From Clostridia bacterium (GTDB taxonomy: Bacteria > Bacillota > Clostridia > Oscillospirales > Acutalibacteraceae), in assembly GCA_017402845.1 (NCBI GenBank), contig JAFPLH010000028.1, positions 38,430 to 102,429 on the forward strand: a DNA stretch of 64,000 nucleotides. The letters run 5' to 3'. Below the pieces are notes generated by a model that saw only the letters and a program-made list of their open reading frames with translations, had not been told where the DNA came from and did not search any database. The first letter of the stretch is position 1. Each line of letters starts with the position of its first letter. Both the position numbers and the translations under genes were made by a program. Below are positions 50,522 to 58,663 of this stretch, piece after piece.

Positions 50522-51004
50522 TTACAGATTTTGTACAGCTTTGCAAATCTTCTCCAGACAATACTCTGCACATCTTTGACAAATCAACGCTCTGTTATTG
50601 CACAAATCTTCGTTAAAGTTTTTCTTTTCGGCAGTTACTTCATCACCTATTGCAAGTCCGATATAAACCGTACCCACGGGATTTTCCTGCGTACCGCCGG
50701 AAGGTCCTGCAACGCCCGTTGTACTCACGGCAATATCAGCGCCTGAAAGCTTTAACACTCCGCTTGCCATTTCTTTTGCGCACTGAAAGCTTACTTCGGT
50801 AAATTCATTTATTGTCTGTTCCTTTACTCCGAGCACCTTCATTTTGATGTCGTTTGAATACGAACATACTCCGCACTCAAAAACATTGCTTGCACCCGGC
50901 ACGCTTGTTATCATTTGTGAGATAAGTCCGCCCGTACAGCTTTCAGCACAGGCTGCCTTCAGAGCTTTGCTTTGCAGAAGCATAACCGTTTGTTTACGAA
51001 TATC
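50522..51004 (-). CDS. CinA C-terminal domain protein (nicotinamide-nucleotide amidase PncC-like)
   Basis: Contains ESCTGGLI and VSTTGVAGPSGG motifs. The start was set at MDIRKQ. Confidence 0.85.
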   Translation of the reverse strand, partial: DIRKQTVMLLQSKALKAACAESCTGGLISQMITSVPGASNVFECGVCSYSNDIKMKVLGVKEQTINEFTEVSFQCAKEMASGVLKLSGADIAVSTTGVAGPSGGTQENPVGTVYIGLAIGDEVTAEKKNFNEDLCNNRALICQRCAEYCLEKICKAVQNL

Positions 51005-51078
51005 CATAAAAACCACCCTTAAAAATAGTATTTTATACACATTATATCACGTTCCATTTTAAAATACAATTTTTTTAA

Positions 51079-51240
51079 GGGCATCTCTAAAACCCTGCCG
51101 TCGTTCAGATGTGCCGTAGATTTAGTCGGCAGGCTGCACAATAAAATCGCTGGCATACTGACGTATGTCAAGATTTTTTGTGCAAGATGACGGCTAAAGA
51201 TACGGTGCAGATGGGCGGCGTGAGGTTTTTAGAGGTGTCC
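51079..51240 (+). mobile_element. 162-bp hairpin MITE, family 1, copy C (TSD TTAA/TTAA at 51075-51078 and 51241-51244)
   Basis: Full-length copy in the opposite orientation to copies A and B, with a perfect 4-bp duplication. Confidence 0.9.
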
Positions 51241-51246
51241 TTAAAT

Positions 51247-51285
51247 ACAAAAAACCGTCCGGAGAACCGGACGGCTGTTTTGTTT
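51247..51285 (-). terminator. Rho-independent (bidirectional) terminator after the SASP gene
   Basis: CCGTCCGG-agaa-CCGGACGG flanked by an A-run and a T-run. Confidence 0.75.
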
Positions 51286-51306
51286 AGGGGTATTATTGCT
51301 GTACGA

Positions 51307-51507
51307 TTACTTTACTGATTCCTCGTAGCTCTCGATCATTCTCTTTACCATCTGACCGCCGACAGAACCTGCCTGACGTGATGTGAGATCGCCGTTGTAG
51401 CCCTCTTTGAGATCAACACCTACCTCACTTGCACACTCCATTTTAAACTTATCCATAGCCTCTCTGGCTTCGGGAACATTAAGCTTGTTGTTATTCTTTG
51501 CTGACAT
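51307..51507 (-). CDS. alpha/beta-type small acid-soluble spore protein
   Basis: MSAKNNNKLNVPEAREAMDKFKMECASEVGV...LTSRQAGSVGGQMVKRMIE. 66 aa, with AGGAGAA RBS. The upstream extension in the ORF track was rejected. Confidence 0.9.
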   Translation of the reverse strand: MSAKNNNKLNVPEAREAMDKFKMECASEVGVDLKEGYNGDLTSRQAGSVGGQMVKRMIESYEESVK

Positions 51508-51705
51508 AATAATATTTTCTCCTTTTGTAATATTTGCGAAAAACTCAGTATACATATTAAAATGCATAAGCGGTATTTCGTGTTCTGCGGCAAAAATACC
51601 GCTTATGTCATACCATGTCAAGCACGTTTAAGCAACAAGCGTTATTTCTGCCGTGATAATATTGTGTGCTTTTCACGGCAGTTTATAAAATGTAAATTTT
51701 GTAAT

Positions 51706-52158
51706 TTATTCTGCTGATTTTCGTTTTTTCAAAGCAGCTATTATACAAACAAACAAAAAACACATTAAAAGTCCGAACAAACCGCCGCTGAAATCTATGA
51801 GAACATCTCTGACCTGCGCCGATCTTCCCTCGGAAAAATATTGTATTGTTTCGTCTGTAACGGGTACGGCAAGCAAAAAGAATAATATACAAAAAATATT
51901 TTTCTTAAATGACTCTGTGTATGAATGAACAGTTGCCGACAGAAAAAAGCCGTATACCGCAAACTCGCAGAAGTGGGCAAGCTTTCTTATAGTATAGGCG
52001 TTAAAAAGATTTGGCAAATGCAAAAACGTAACTATACGGTCAAGCAAACCAAGCGCCTGATCGCTTTCTGCGGTAGAGTCCGCCGCACTTGCCGCAGAAT
52101 GTGCAAATATTACTGCCACTGTTATTATTGTTAATATAAGTAAAACTCTCCTTTTCAT
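51706..52158 (-). CDS. VanZ family membrane protein
   Basis: ~150-aa ORF with a signal/TM segment, LAHFCEFAVYGFFL, and the DE..Q...GR..Q..D VanZ signature. Confidence 0.75.
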   Translation of the reverse strand: MKRRVLLILTIITVAVIFAHSAASAADSTAESDQALGLLDRIVTFLHLPNLFNAYTIRKLAHFCEFAVYGFFLSATVHSYTESFKKNIFCILFFLLAVPVTDETIQYFSEGRSAQVRDVLIDFSGGLFGLLMCFLFVCIIAALKKRKSAE

Positions 52159-52462
52159 TATTAATACTCCTTTGTTATCAGTCCTGTTATACAAAAAATG
52201 TATCACGATATTTTTACAAATTTCTGATTTATTTATAGAATCAAATAATTTTCAATGTCGTACTTTCCCATTTCGGTATACGATCAATACCTACTCTATA
52301 CATCAACAGCATTTTTATCTTCGTACGGAAAGTATATAGATCGCTTCTACAATTTACGATTTAGACACTATCCGATAATATCACATTTTATTGACAACAC
52401 AAATGAAAAAAAGAAAAAATTAACGAAATTTTAGACACTAATTATAAACGAAAAAAAGGGTA

Positions 52463-52491
52463 TTGTCAACAGGTGAATGTTAATATATAAT
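52463..52491 (+). promoter_or_regulatory. sigma-A type promoter (TTGTCA-N17-TATAAT)
   Basis: Exact spacing and a perfect -10 box, ~48 nt upstream of the TTG start at 52540. Confidence 0.6.
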
Positions 52492-52539
52492 AGATAAGGC
52501 ATATATAAAGCAATAAAATAATAAACGGAGGTTTTTATC

Positions 52540-53040
52540 TTGCAGCATCTGATCGAATCCATTATTAACGCACTGGGCGGAGTTCCTGCCGAAGCGATCG
52601 TATTCATCATTTCCCTGTTTCCAATTCTCGAACTTCGAGGAGGACTTATAGCCGCCTCTATTCTGGGTATTGATATGTGGAAAGCTATTCCCATTTGCAT
52701 TGTGGGCAATATCTTGCCGATACCATTTATTTTGCTGTTTATAGAAAAAATCTTTGAAATTCTCAAAAACACAAAGCTCGTAAAGCTTATTAACAAGCTC
52801 GAACAAAAAGCCGAGGACGGCGCGCAAAAAATTATGAAGTATAAAAAATGGGGACTCCTGCTTTTTGTTGGTATACCGCTGCCCGGCACCGGCGCCTGGA
52901 CCGGTTCACTCGTTGCTGCACTCTTTCACTTTAAGCTGAAAGACGCTTGTCTGGCTATTCTGGGCGGTATTGTTCTTGCTACTGTAATTATGTGTTTCAT
53001 CTCTTACGGTATTCCTTATCTTGTAGGACTGTTTTTATAA
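52540..53040 (+). CDS. small multidrug export protein family (COG2426) membrane protein
   Basis: Contains PILELRGGL and GIPLPGTGAWTGSLVA motifs. TTG start after a GGAGG RBS. Confidence 0.8.
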   Translation: MQHLIESIINALGGVPAEAIVFIISLFPILELRGGLIAASILGIDMWKAIPICIVGNILPIPFILLFIEKIFEILKNTKLVKLINKLEQKAEDGAQKIMKYKKWGLLLFVGIPLPGTGAWTGSLVAALFHFKLKDACLAILGGIVLATVIMCFISYGIPYLVGLFL

Positions 53041-53050
53041 GGCGGTATTT

Positions 53051-54337
53051 ATGTACACCGAAAACAACAAATTTGACGTTATAATTGTCGGCGGCGGTGC
53101 AGGGGGGCTTGCAGCCGCCGTTTGCTGTGCAAAAAAAGCAAACAAAAGCAAGGGCTTGCGTATCGCCGTTCTTGAAAAAGAACCTAAACCCTGCAAAAAG
53201 CTTTTGGCTACCGGCAACGGTAAATGTAACCTTACTAATATGAATATGAGCGAAAAATATTACAATACATCTGCTCAGAGCTTCATCAAACCGCTGCTTT
53301 CAAAATACACTCCACAAAAGCTTATCAAATTCTGGGAGTCACGCGGTCTTTTTTGCGTACCTGACGAATACGGCAGAGTATACCCGAATTCCGGTCAGGC
53401 TATATCTGTTGCTGATACTTTGCTTATTAATCTGAAAAAATACAATACAGAGCTTTTCTGCAATACCGAAGTCAAAAAAATCACAAAGGTCAAAGGCGGC
53501 TTTGCTGTCGGCTGTACCGACAAGGAATACTTCTGTAAAAAGCTGATAATCTCCGCCGGCGGTTTTGTTCAGCCAAATCTCGGAAGCAACGGTTCGGGGT
53601 ATTCATTCGCTAAAGATCTGAATTTGTCATGTACTCCTTTGTTTCCAAGCCTTGCCCCTGTATTATGTAAAGATAAGCTGCTGTCTGTTGTAAAAGGAGT
53701 GCGCTGCAATGCTGTTGTCAAATGTATTGCAGACGGTAAAGTTATTCATACCGAAAAGGGCGAGCTTCAATTCAACGAAAAAAACATTTCGGGTATATGC
53801 ATTTTTCAGCTTTCAAGACATATCAATGAGTTTTTTTCTCTCGGCTCGGTTCTTGGCAGACCTTGCCGAAAAATTCAGATAAACGCAGATCTGCTGCCCG
53901 ATATTGCATACGAGGAAATATTCTCAGCTCTGACTTTAAGACGCAGACTTTACCCCGACTCAGACGCTGCCGAAATATTCTGCGGATTACTCAACAAAAA
54001 ATTGTCCCGATACTTATGCTTAAAGCTTAATATAAATGAAAAGCTGTCAGCAGGCGATTTATCCGACGACGATTTGTCTGCCTTTGCATCATTATCAAAA
54101 GAATGTACATTTATACCCTGCGCCCCCTCGTTAAAAGAAAATGCACAGGTTACAGCAGGCGGTGTTTCTCTTGCTGAGATCAACAAGAATATGGAATGTA
54201 AAAAGTACAAGGGATTATACATAATAGGTGAAACACTCGACATTGACGGATTATGCGGAGGGTATAATCTTCACTGGGCATTTATAAGCGGAATTATTGC
54301 AGGTCACAATGCTGCGGCAGGCGACAGCTTAAAGTAA
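53051..54337 (+). CDS. HI0933/BaiN-like FAD-dependent oxidoreductase
   Basis: Contains DVIIVGGGAGGLAAA, ATGNGKCNLTN and a C-terminal GGYNLHWAF motif. Confidence 0.85.
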   Translation: MYTENNKFDVIIVGGGAGGLAAAVCCAKKANKSKGLRIAVLEKEPKPCKKLLATGNGKCNLTNMNMSEKYYNTSAQSFIKPLLSKYTPQKLIKFWESRGLFCVPDEYGRVYPNSGQAISVADTLLINLKKYNTELFCNTEVKKITKVKGGFAVGCTDKEYFCKKLIISAGGFVQPNLGSNGSGYSFAKDLNLSCTPLFPSLAPVLCKDKLLSVVKGVRCNAVVKCIADGKVIHTEKGELQFNEKNISGICIFQLSRHINEFFSLGSVLGRPCRKIQINADLLPDIAYEEIFSALTLRRRLYPDSDAAEIFCGLLNKKLSRYLCLKLNINEKLSAGDLSDDDLSAFASLSKECTFIPCAPSLKENAQVTAGGVSLAEINKNMECKKYKGLYIIGETLDIDGLCGGYNLHWAFISGIIAGHNAAAGDSLK

Positions 54338-54351
54338 AAAGGAAAATAACA

Positions 54352-55956
54352 ATGATAAGAATAAGTGATATAAAACTGCCTCTTGATTTTGACGAACATA
54401 CACTCAAAAAAGCTGCCGCAAAACAGCTCGGAGCTGATATTAGCACAATAAAATCAGCAGGCATTGTACGAAGAAGCATTGACGCACGAAAAAAAGATAA
54501 CATTACTTTTACCGTTACAGCCGATATTATTGTAAACGGCAGCGAGCAGAAAATACTAAAACAATGCAAAAACGGAAAAGCTGTGATAACAGAGCCGTAC
54601 TCCTACACGATTCCGAAAGGCAGGAAAACCGATAAACCGCCTATCGTTGCAGGTGCGGGGCCTGCGGGATTATTTGCGGCTTTAGCACTTGCAAGGGCAG
54701 GACTTTGTCCTATACTGATAGAAAGAGGTAAACCGGTAGACGAACGCACAAAGGACGTTTCAGGTTATTGGCAGACAGGAAAGCTCGATATTAACAGTAA
54801 CGTACAATTCGGTGAGGGCGGAGCAGGAACTTTCTCTGACGGAAAACTTAATACCGGTACTAAAGACATTCGTTCACGCTTTGTACTCGAAACTTTTGTG
54901 CAGCACGGAGCACCTGCTGACATTTTAGTAAACGCTAAACCGCATATAGGTACAGACAAGCTCAAAAATACAGTCAAGAATATCAGAAAAGAAATAATTT
55001 CTCTTGGCGGTACTGTTCTTTTTGAAACAAAGCTTGTTGACATCAAAACAAAAAAGGGCGCTGTATGCGGTATTATGGTTTCCGATAAATCAGACAATAT
55101 TTCTGAGATCGAAACAAATCACGTCATACTTGCTCTCGGTCACAGCGCGAGAGATACATTCAAAGCGCTTTACAGCAGCGGCTTTATTATGGAGGCAAAG
55201 CCTTTTTCAGTAGGTGCGAGAATCGAGCATTTACAGACAGACATCAACAAGGCGCAATACGGAAAATTCTATAACAACCCCGTTCTGGGTGCGGCAGACT
55301 ATAAGCTGAGCGCTCACCTTAAAAACGGCAGAGGAGTTTATACCTTCTGTATGTGTCCGGGAGGGCGTGTTGTTGCGTCTGCAAGCGAAGAAAATACAGT
55401 TGTTACAAACGGTATGAGCGAATATGCCCGTGACGGTTTAAACGCAAACAGCGCTTTACTGGTTGGTGTATCGCCTGAGGACTATGCAAGCGAACATCCG
55501 CTTGCAGGTATTGAGTTTCAGAGAAAAATTGAACGTCTTGCCTTTTTGTCAGGCGGTGAAAACGGTCATGCGCCCTGCATACGTGCAGAAGATTTCATTA
55601 AGAGAAAAAAAAGCTCACGGTTTGGCAGCGTTTTGCCGACATACAAGCCGGGGGTAACATTTGCCAATCCGGAACAGTATTTGCCGGAATACATTTGCGA
55701 AAGTATGCGTGAGGGTATTTTGATTTTCGACAAAAAGCTAAAAGGCTTTGCAAACGGTGACGCATTATTGACAGGTGCGGAAACCCGTTCAAGCAGTCCG
55801 GTCAGAATACTCAGGGGAACAGACTTCAATTCCGTTAGTATTAAAGGCGCATATCCCTGCGGCGAGGGTGCAGGCTATGCAGGCGGAATTGTTTCTGCTG
55901 CAGTTGACGGAATAAAGTGTGCCGAAGCGGTGATCTCGATTAGCAATTCAGACTGA
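54352..55956 (+). CDS. FAD-dependent protein (COG2509 family)
   Basis: Contains GAGPAGLFAAL, FGEGGAGTFSDGKL and CPGG motifs. 534 aa. Confidence 0.85.
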   Translation: MIRISDIKLPLDFDEHTLKKAAAKQLGADISTIKSAGIVRRSIDARKKDNITFTVTADIIVNGSEQKILKQCKNGKAVITEPYSYTIPKGRKTDKPPIVAGAGPAGLFAALALARAGLCPILIERGKPVDERTKDVSGYWQTGKLDINSNVQFGEGGAGTFSDGKLNTGTKDIRSRFVLETFVQHGAPADILVNAKPHIGTDKLKNTVKNIRKEIISLGGTVLFETKLVDIKTKKGAVCGIMVSDKSDNISEIETNHVILALGHSARDTFKALYSSGFIMEAKPFSVGARIEHLQTDINKAQYGKFYNNPVLGAADYKLSAHLKNGRGVYTFCMCPGGRVVASASEENTVVTNGMSEYARDGLNANSALLVGVSPEDYASEHPLAGIEFQRKIERLAFLSGGENGHAPCIRAEDFIKRKKSSRFGSVLPTYKPGVTFANPEQYLPEYICESMREGILIFDKKLKGFANGDALLTGAETRSSSPVRILRGTDFNSVSIKGAYPCGEGAGYAGGIVSAAVDGIKCAEAVISISNSD

Positions 55957-55973
55957 GCAAAAAAACGAATAAA

Positions 55974-56137
55974 GGGCATCTCTAAAGAACCTGCCGTCGT
56001 TCAGATGTGCCGTAGATTTAGTCGGCAGATTGTACAAGAAATTTGCAGGAATACTAACGTATTTCAAGAATTTATTGTGCAATATGACGGCTGATGATAC
56101 GGTGCAGATGGACGGCGTGAGGTTTTTTGAGGTGCCC
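55974..56137 (+). mobile_element. 164-bp hairpin MITE, family 1, copy D (TSD TAAA/TAAA at 55970-55973 and 56138-56141)
   Basis: The most diverged full copy. Its apical hairpin carries the AATAC/GTATT variant that is also seen in family 2. Confidence 0.85.
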
Positions 56138-56233
56138 TAAAGCTTTCGCTCAAGCCTTTTTCAACAATTTGACAAAAAATTTCAGAGATGTTCTTTACTC
56201 ATTCAAAAGCTGCGGCTAATTGCTAATTGCTAC

Positions 56234-56262
56234 TTGACAATACTGTGCAAAAATGATAAAAT
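56234..56262 (+). promoter_or_regulatory. sigma-A type promoter for pyrC-carAB (TTGACA-N17-TAAAAT)
   Basis: Perfect -35 box and 17-nt spacer, ~57 nt upstream of the pyrC ATG. Confidence 0.6.
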
Positions 56263-56318
56263 AATGCGAGAGGCAAATGCTTCGGCTTATGTTTAAATTG
56301 TGCAAAGGAGTATTGATT

Positions 56319-57581
56319 ATGAAATATTTGCTCACTAATGCAAACGTTTTTTTACCATACGGTTTTGTCAAAAAAGACGTTCTCATTTCTGACGGTCGTA
56401 TTGTTTCTATCGACAATAATATCTCTCCTGTTGACTGTGAAATTTTCGATTTTAATAATTGTTTTATGTTTCCCGGTTTTATTGATGTACACGTACATCT
56501 AAGAGAACCGGGTTTTTCATACAAGGAAACCATAAAAACAGGTTCTCTTGCTGCGGCGCACGGCGGTTATTCCGATATATGCCCTATGCCTAATCTCAAT
56601 CCCGTTCCCGACAGCGTTGAGCATCTGAAACAGCAGCTCGACATTATTGAGCGTGACGCTTGTGTAAATGTTCATCCTTATGCGTCTATCACTCAAAACG
56701 AAATGGGCGCTACCCTTTCTGATATGGAAAACCTCAGTAGATATGCAGCTGCATTTTCTGATGACGGCAGAGGCGTTCAGAATGATGCTATCATGCTTTC
56801 CGCTATGGAAAAGGCTAAATCACTCGACAAAATTATAGCCGCACACTGCGAGGTAAACGAGCTCTTGAAGGGCGGCTATATCCATGACGGAGAGTATGCA
56901 AAGCTTCATGGTCATAAGGGTATCTGTTCGGAAAGCGAATGGGAACAGATAAAGCGTGACATCTCTCTTGTTCGTAAAACCGGCTGTAAATATCACGTAT
57001 GCCACATCTCAACAAAAGAAAGCGTGGAGCTTATAAGACAGGCAAAAAAAGACGGTCTTTCAGTAACCTGCGAAACAGGGCCTCATTACCTTGTGTTTAA
57101 CGATATGCAGCTAAAAGAAGAAGGCCGCTTCAAAATGAATCCGCCTATCAGAAGCGAACAGGACAGACAAGCTCTTATTGAAGGTATTAAAGACGGTACT
57201 ATCGACATGATCGCCACTGACCACGCTCCGCACAGCGCCGAAGAAAAAAACAGAGGCTTAGAAAAAAGCCTTATGGGTGTTGTAGGTCTGGAAACTGCTT
57301 TTCCCGTACTCTACACGCACCTTGTAAAAACAGGCGTTATCTCTTTGGAAAAGCTTATTGAACTGATGAGTACAAATCCGGCTGAACGTTTCGGACTGCA
57401 CTCGTCTATTGATATAAACGAGCCTGCAAACCTTTGTGTCTGGAAGCTCGACGAAAAATACACCGTAGATCCGAATGACTTTTTGTCTATGGGAAAAGCA
57501 ACTCCTTTTGAGGGTATGACGGTTTACGGAAAGTGTTTGTTGACAATGGTTAAGGGGGAAATAAAATGGAAACAAAACTAA
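56319..57581 (+). CDS. pyrC: dihydroorotase
   Basis: Contains PGFIDVHVHLREPG and ATDHAPH motifs. The start was set at MKYLLTN after an AAAGGAG RBS. Confidence 0.95.
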   Translation: MKYLLTNANVFLPYGFVKKDVLISDGRIVSIDNNISPVDCEIFDFNNCFMFPGFIDVHVHLREPGFSYKETIKTGSLAAAHGGYSDICPMPNLNPVPDSVEHLKQQLDIIERDACVNVHPYASITQNEMGATLSDMENLSRYAAAFSDDGRGVQNDAIMLSAMEKAKSLDKIIAAHCEVNELLKGGYIHDGEYAKLHGHKGICSESEWEQIKRDISLVRKTGCKYHVCHISTKESVELIRQAKKDGLSVTCETGPHYLVFNDMQLKEEGRFKMNPPIRSEQDRQALIEGIKDGTIDMIATDHAPHSAEEKNRGLEKSLMGVVGLETAFPVLYTHLVKTGVISLEKLIELMSTNPAERFGLHSSIDINEPANLCVWKLDEKYTVDPNDFLSMGKATPFEGMTVYGKCLLTMVKGEIKWKQN

Positions 57582-58663
57582 ACAAAAAAATTGTTCTCGA
57601 GGACGGAAGCGAATACTACGGAACAGGCTTCGGACATAGCTGCGACAAAGTATGCGAAATAGTATTCAATACCTCTATGGTGGGGTATCAGGAGATCGTT
57701 TCAGATCCGTCTTACACTTATCAGATGGTTGTTATGACGTATCCGCTTATTGGCAACTACGGTATTGCAGACGATGATTTTGAAACTAAAACTCCTACTA
57801 TCGGCGGACTTATAGTCAGAGAATACAACAATTATCCGTCGAATTTCCGCTATACGAAAACTCTTGATGAAATTCTTGAGGAGTACGAAATTCCCGGTAT
57901 TTCAGGCATTGATACAAGACTTCTTACCAGAAAGATCAGAGATAACGGCTGCTGCAAGGTGCTTATCACCGATGCAGATACACCGCATGAAAAGGCTATG
58001 GAAATACTTGGCAATACGTCTGTACCCAGTGACGCTGTATCAAAGGTAAGCTGTAAAAAGAAGTGGTATTCACGCACAGTTCACCCGAAGCTTGACGTTG
58101 TTGCGGTAGACTGCGGCATTAAGCTCAACATTATCAGAAGCCTTAACAAGCTCGGCTGTAATGTTACGGTAGTACCATATAATACCACAGCAGAACAAAT
58201 CGAAAAGCTTGATCCCGACGGAGTTTTCTTTTCAAACGGTCCGGGCAACCCTGAGGACGTTCCCGAAACTATTGAGCTTATCAAGAAGCTGAGAGGCAAA
58301 TATCCCATTTTCGGAATTTGTCTTGGTCATCAGCTTATCAGCCTTGCATACGGTGCAAAAACCTACAAGCTTAAATTCGGTCACAGAGGCGGCAACCATC
58401 CTGTAAAGAATCTTAATACCGGAAAAATTGAAATAACAAGTCAGAACCATAACTATGCTGTTGACTCCGACAGCGTTAAGAATACAGATCTGACTGTTAC
58501 TCACATTAATATTCTCGATAATACCGTTGAGGGTGTATCTTGCGAGAAAGATCGCGTATTCAGCGTACAATATCACCCCGAAAGCGCACCCGGTCCTCAG
58601 GACAGCTTCTATCTGTTTGAGAAATTCATCGGTTATATGAGGGAGGGCAAAAACAATGGCTAA
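57566..58663 (+). CDS. carA: carbamoyl-phosphate synthase small (glutaminase) subunit
   Basis: Contains GICLGHQL and the HNYAV..D and QYHPE triad region. Confidence 0.95.
   Translation: METKLNKKIVLEDGSEYYGTGFGHSCDKVCEIVFNTSMVGYQEIVSDPSYTYQMVVMTYPLIGNYGIADDDFETKTPTIGGLIVREYNNYPSNFRYTKTLDEILEEYEIPGISGIDTRLLTRKIRDNGCCKVLITDADTPHEKAMEILGNTSVPSDAVSKVSCKKKWYSRTVHPKLDVVAVDCGIKLNIIRSLNKLGCNVTVVPYNTTAEQIEKLDPDGVFFSNGPGNPEDVPETIELIKKLRGKYPIFGICLGHQLISLAYGAKTYKLKFGHRGGNHPVKNLNTGKIEITSQNHNYAVDSDSVKNTDLTVTHINILDNTVEGVSCEKDRVFSVQYHPESAPGPQDSFYLFEKFIGYMREGKNNG

Noticed and set aside
51187-51240. Small ORF within the MITE right arm (MTA[E/K/D]DTVQMGGVRFLEV), conserved in all four copies
   Set aside because: I saw no RBS. 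The frame runs out of the element into unrelated flanks. Substitutions between copies track base-pairing with the left arm (G:U or compensatory) rather than synonymous positions. The peptide has no toxin-like hydrophobicity.
51079-51240. Retron msr/msd-like or integron attC-like interpretation of the long hairpin with inverted ends
   Set aside because: No reverse transcriptase or integrase gene is nearby. The multiple dispersed copies with 4-bp target duplications fit transposition instead.
51568-51610. 14-bp hairpin CATAAGCGGTATTT...AAATACCGCTTATG upstream of the SASP gene as a regulatory element
   Set aside because: It most likely serves as a terminator or insulator after the VanZ gene. 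I could not fit a sigma-G/sigma-F promoter consensus with correct spacing, so I made no specific call.
56263-56318. Possible PyrR-binding attenuator upstream of pyrC (GCGAGAGGC resembles the CAGAGAGGC core)
   Set aside because: The leader is only ~55 nt and has no terminator/antiterminator pair. The match covers only part of the consensus.
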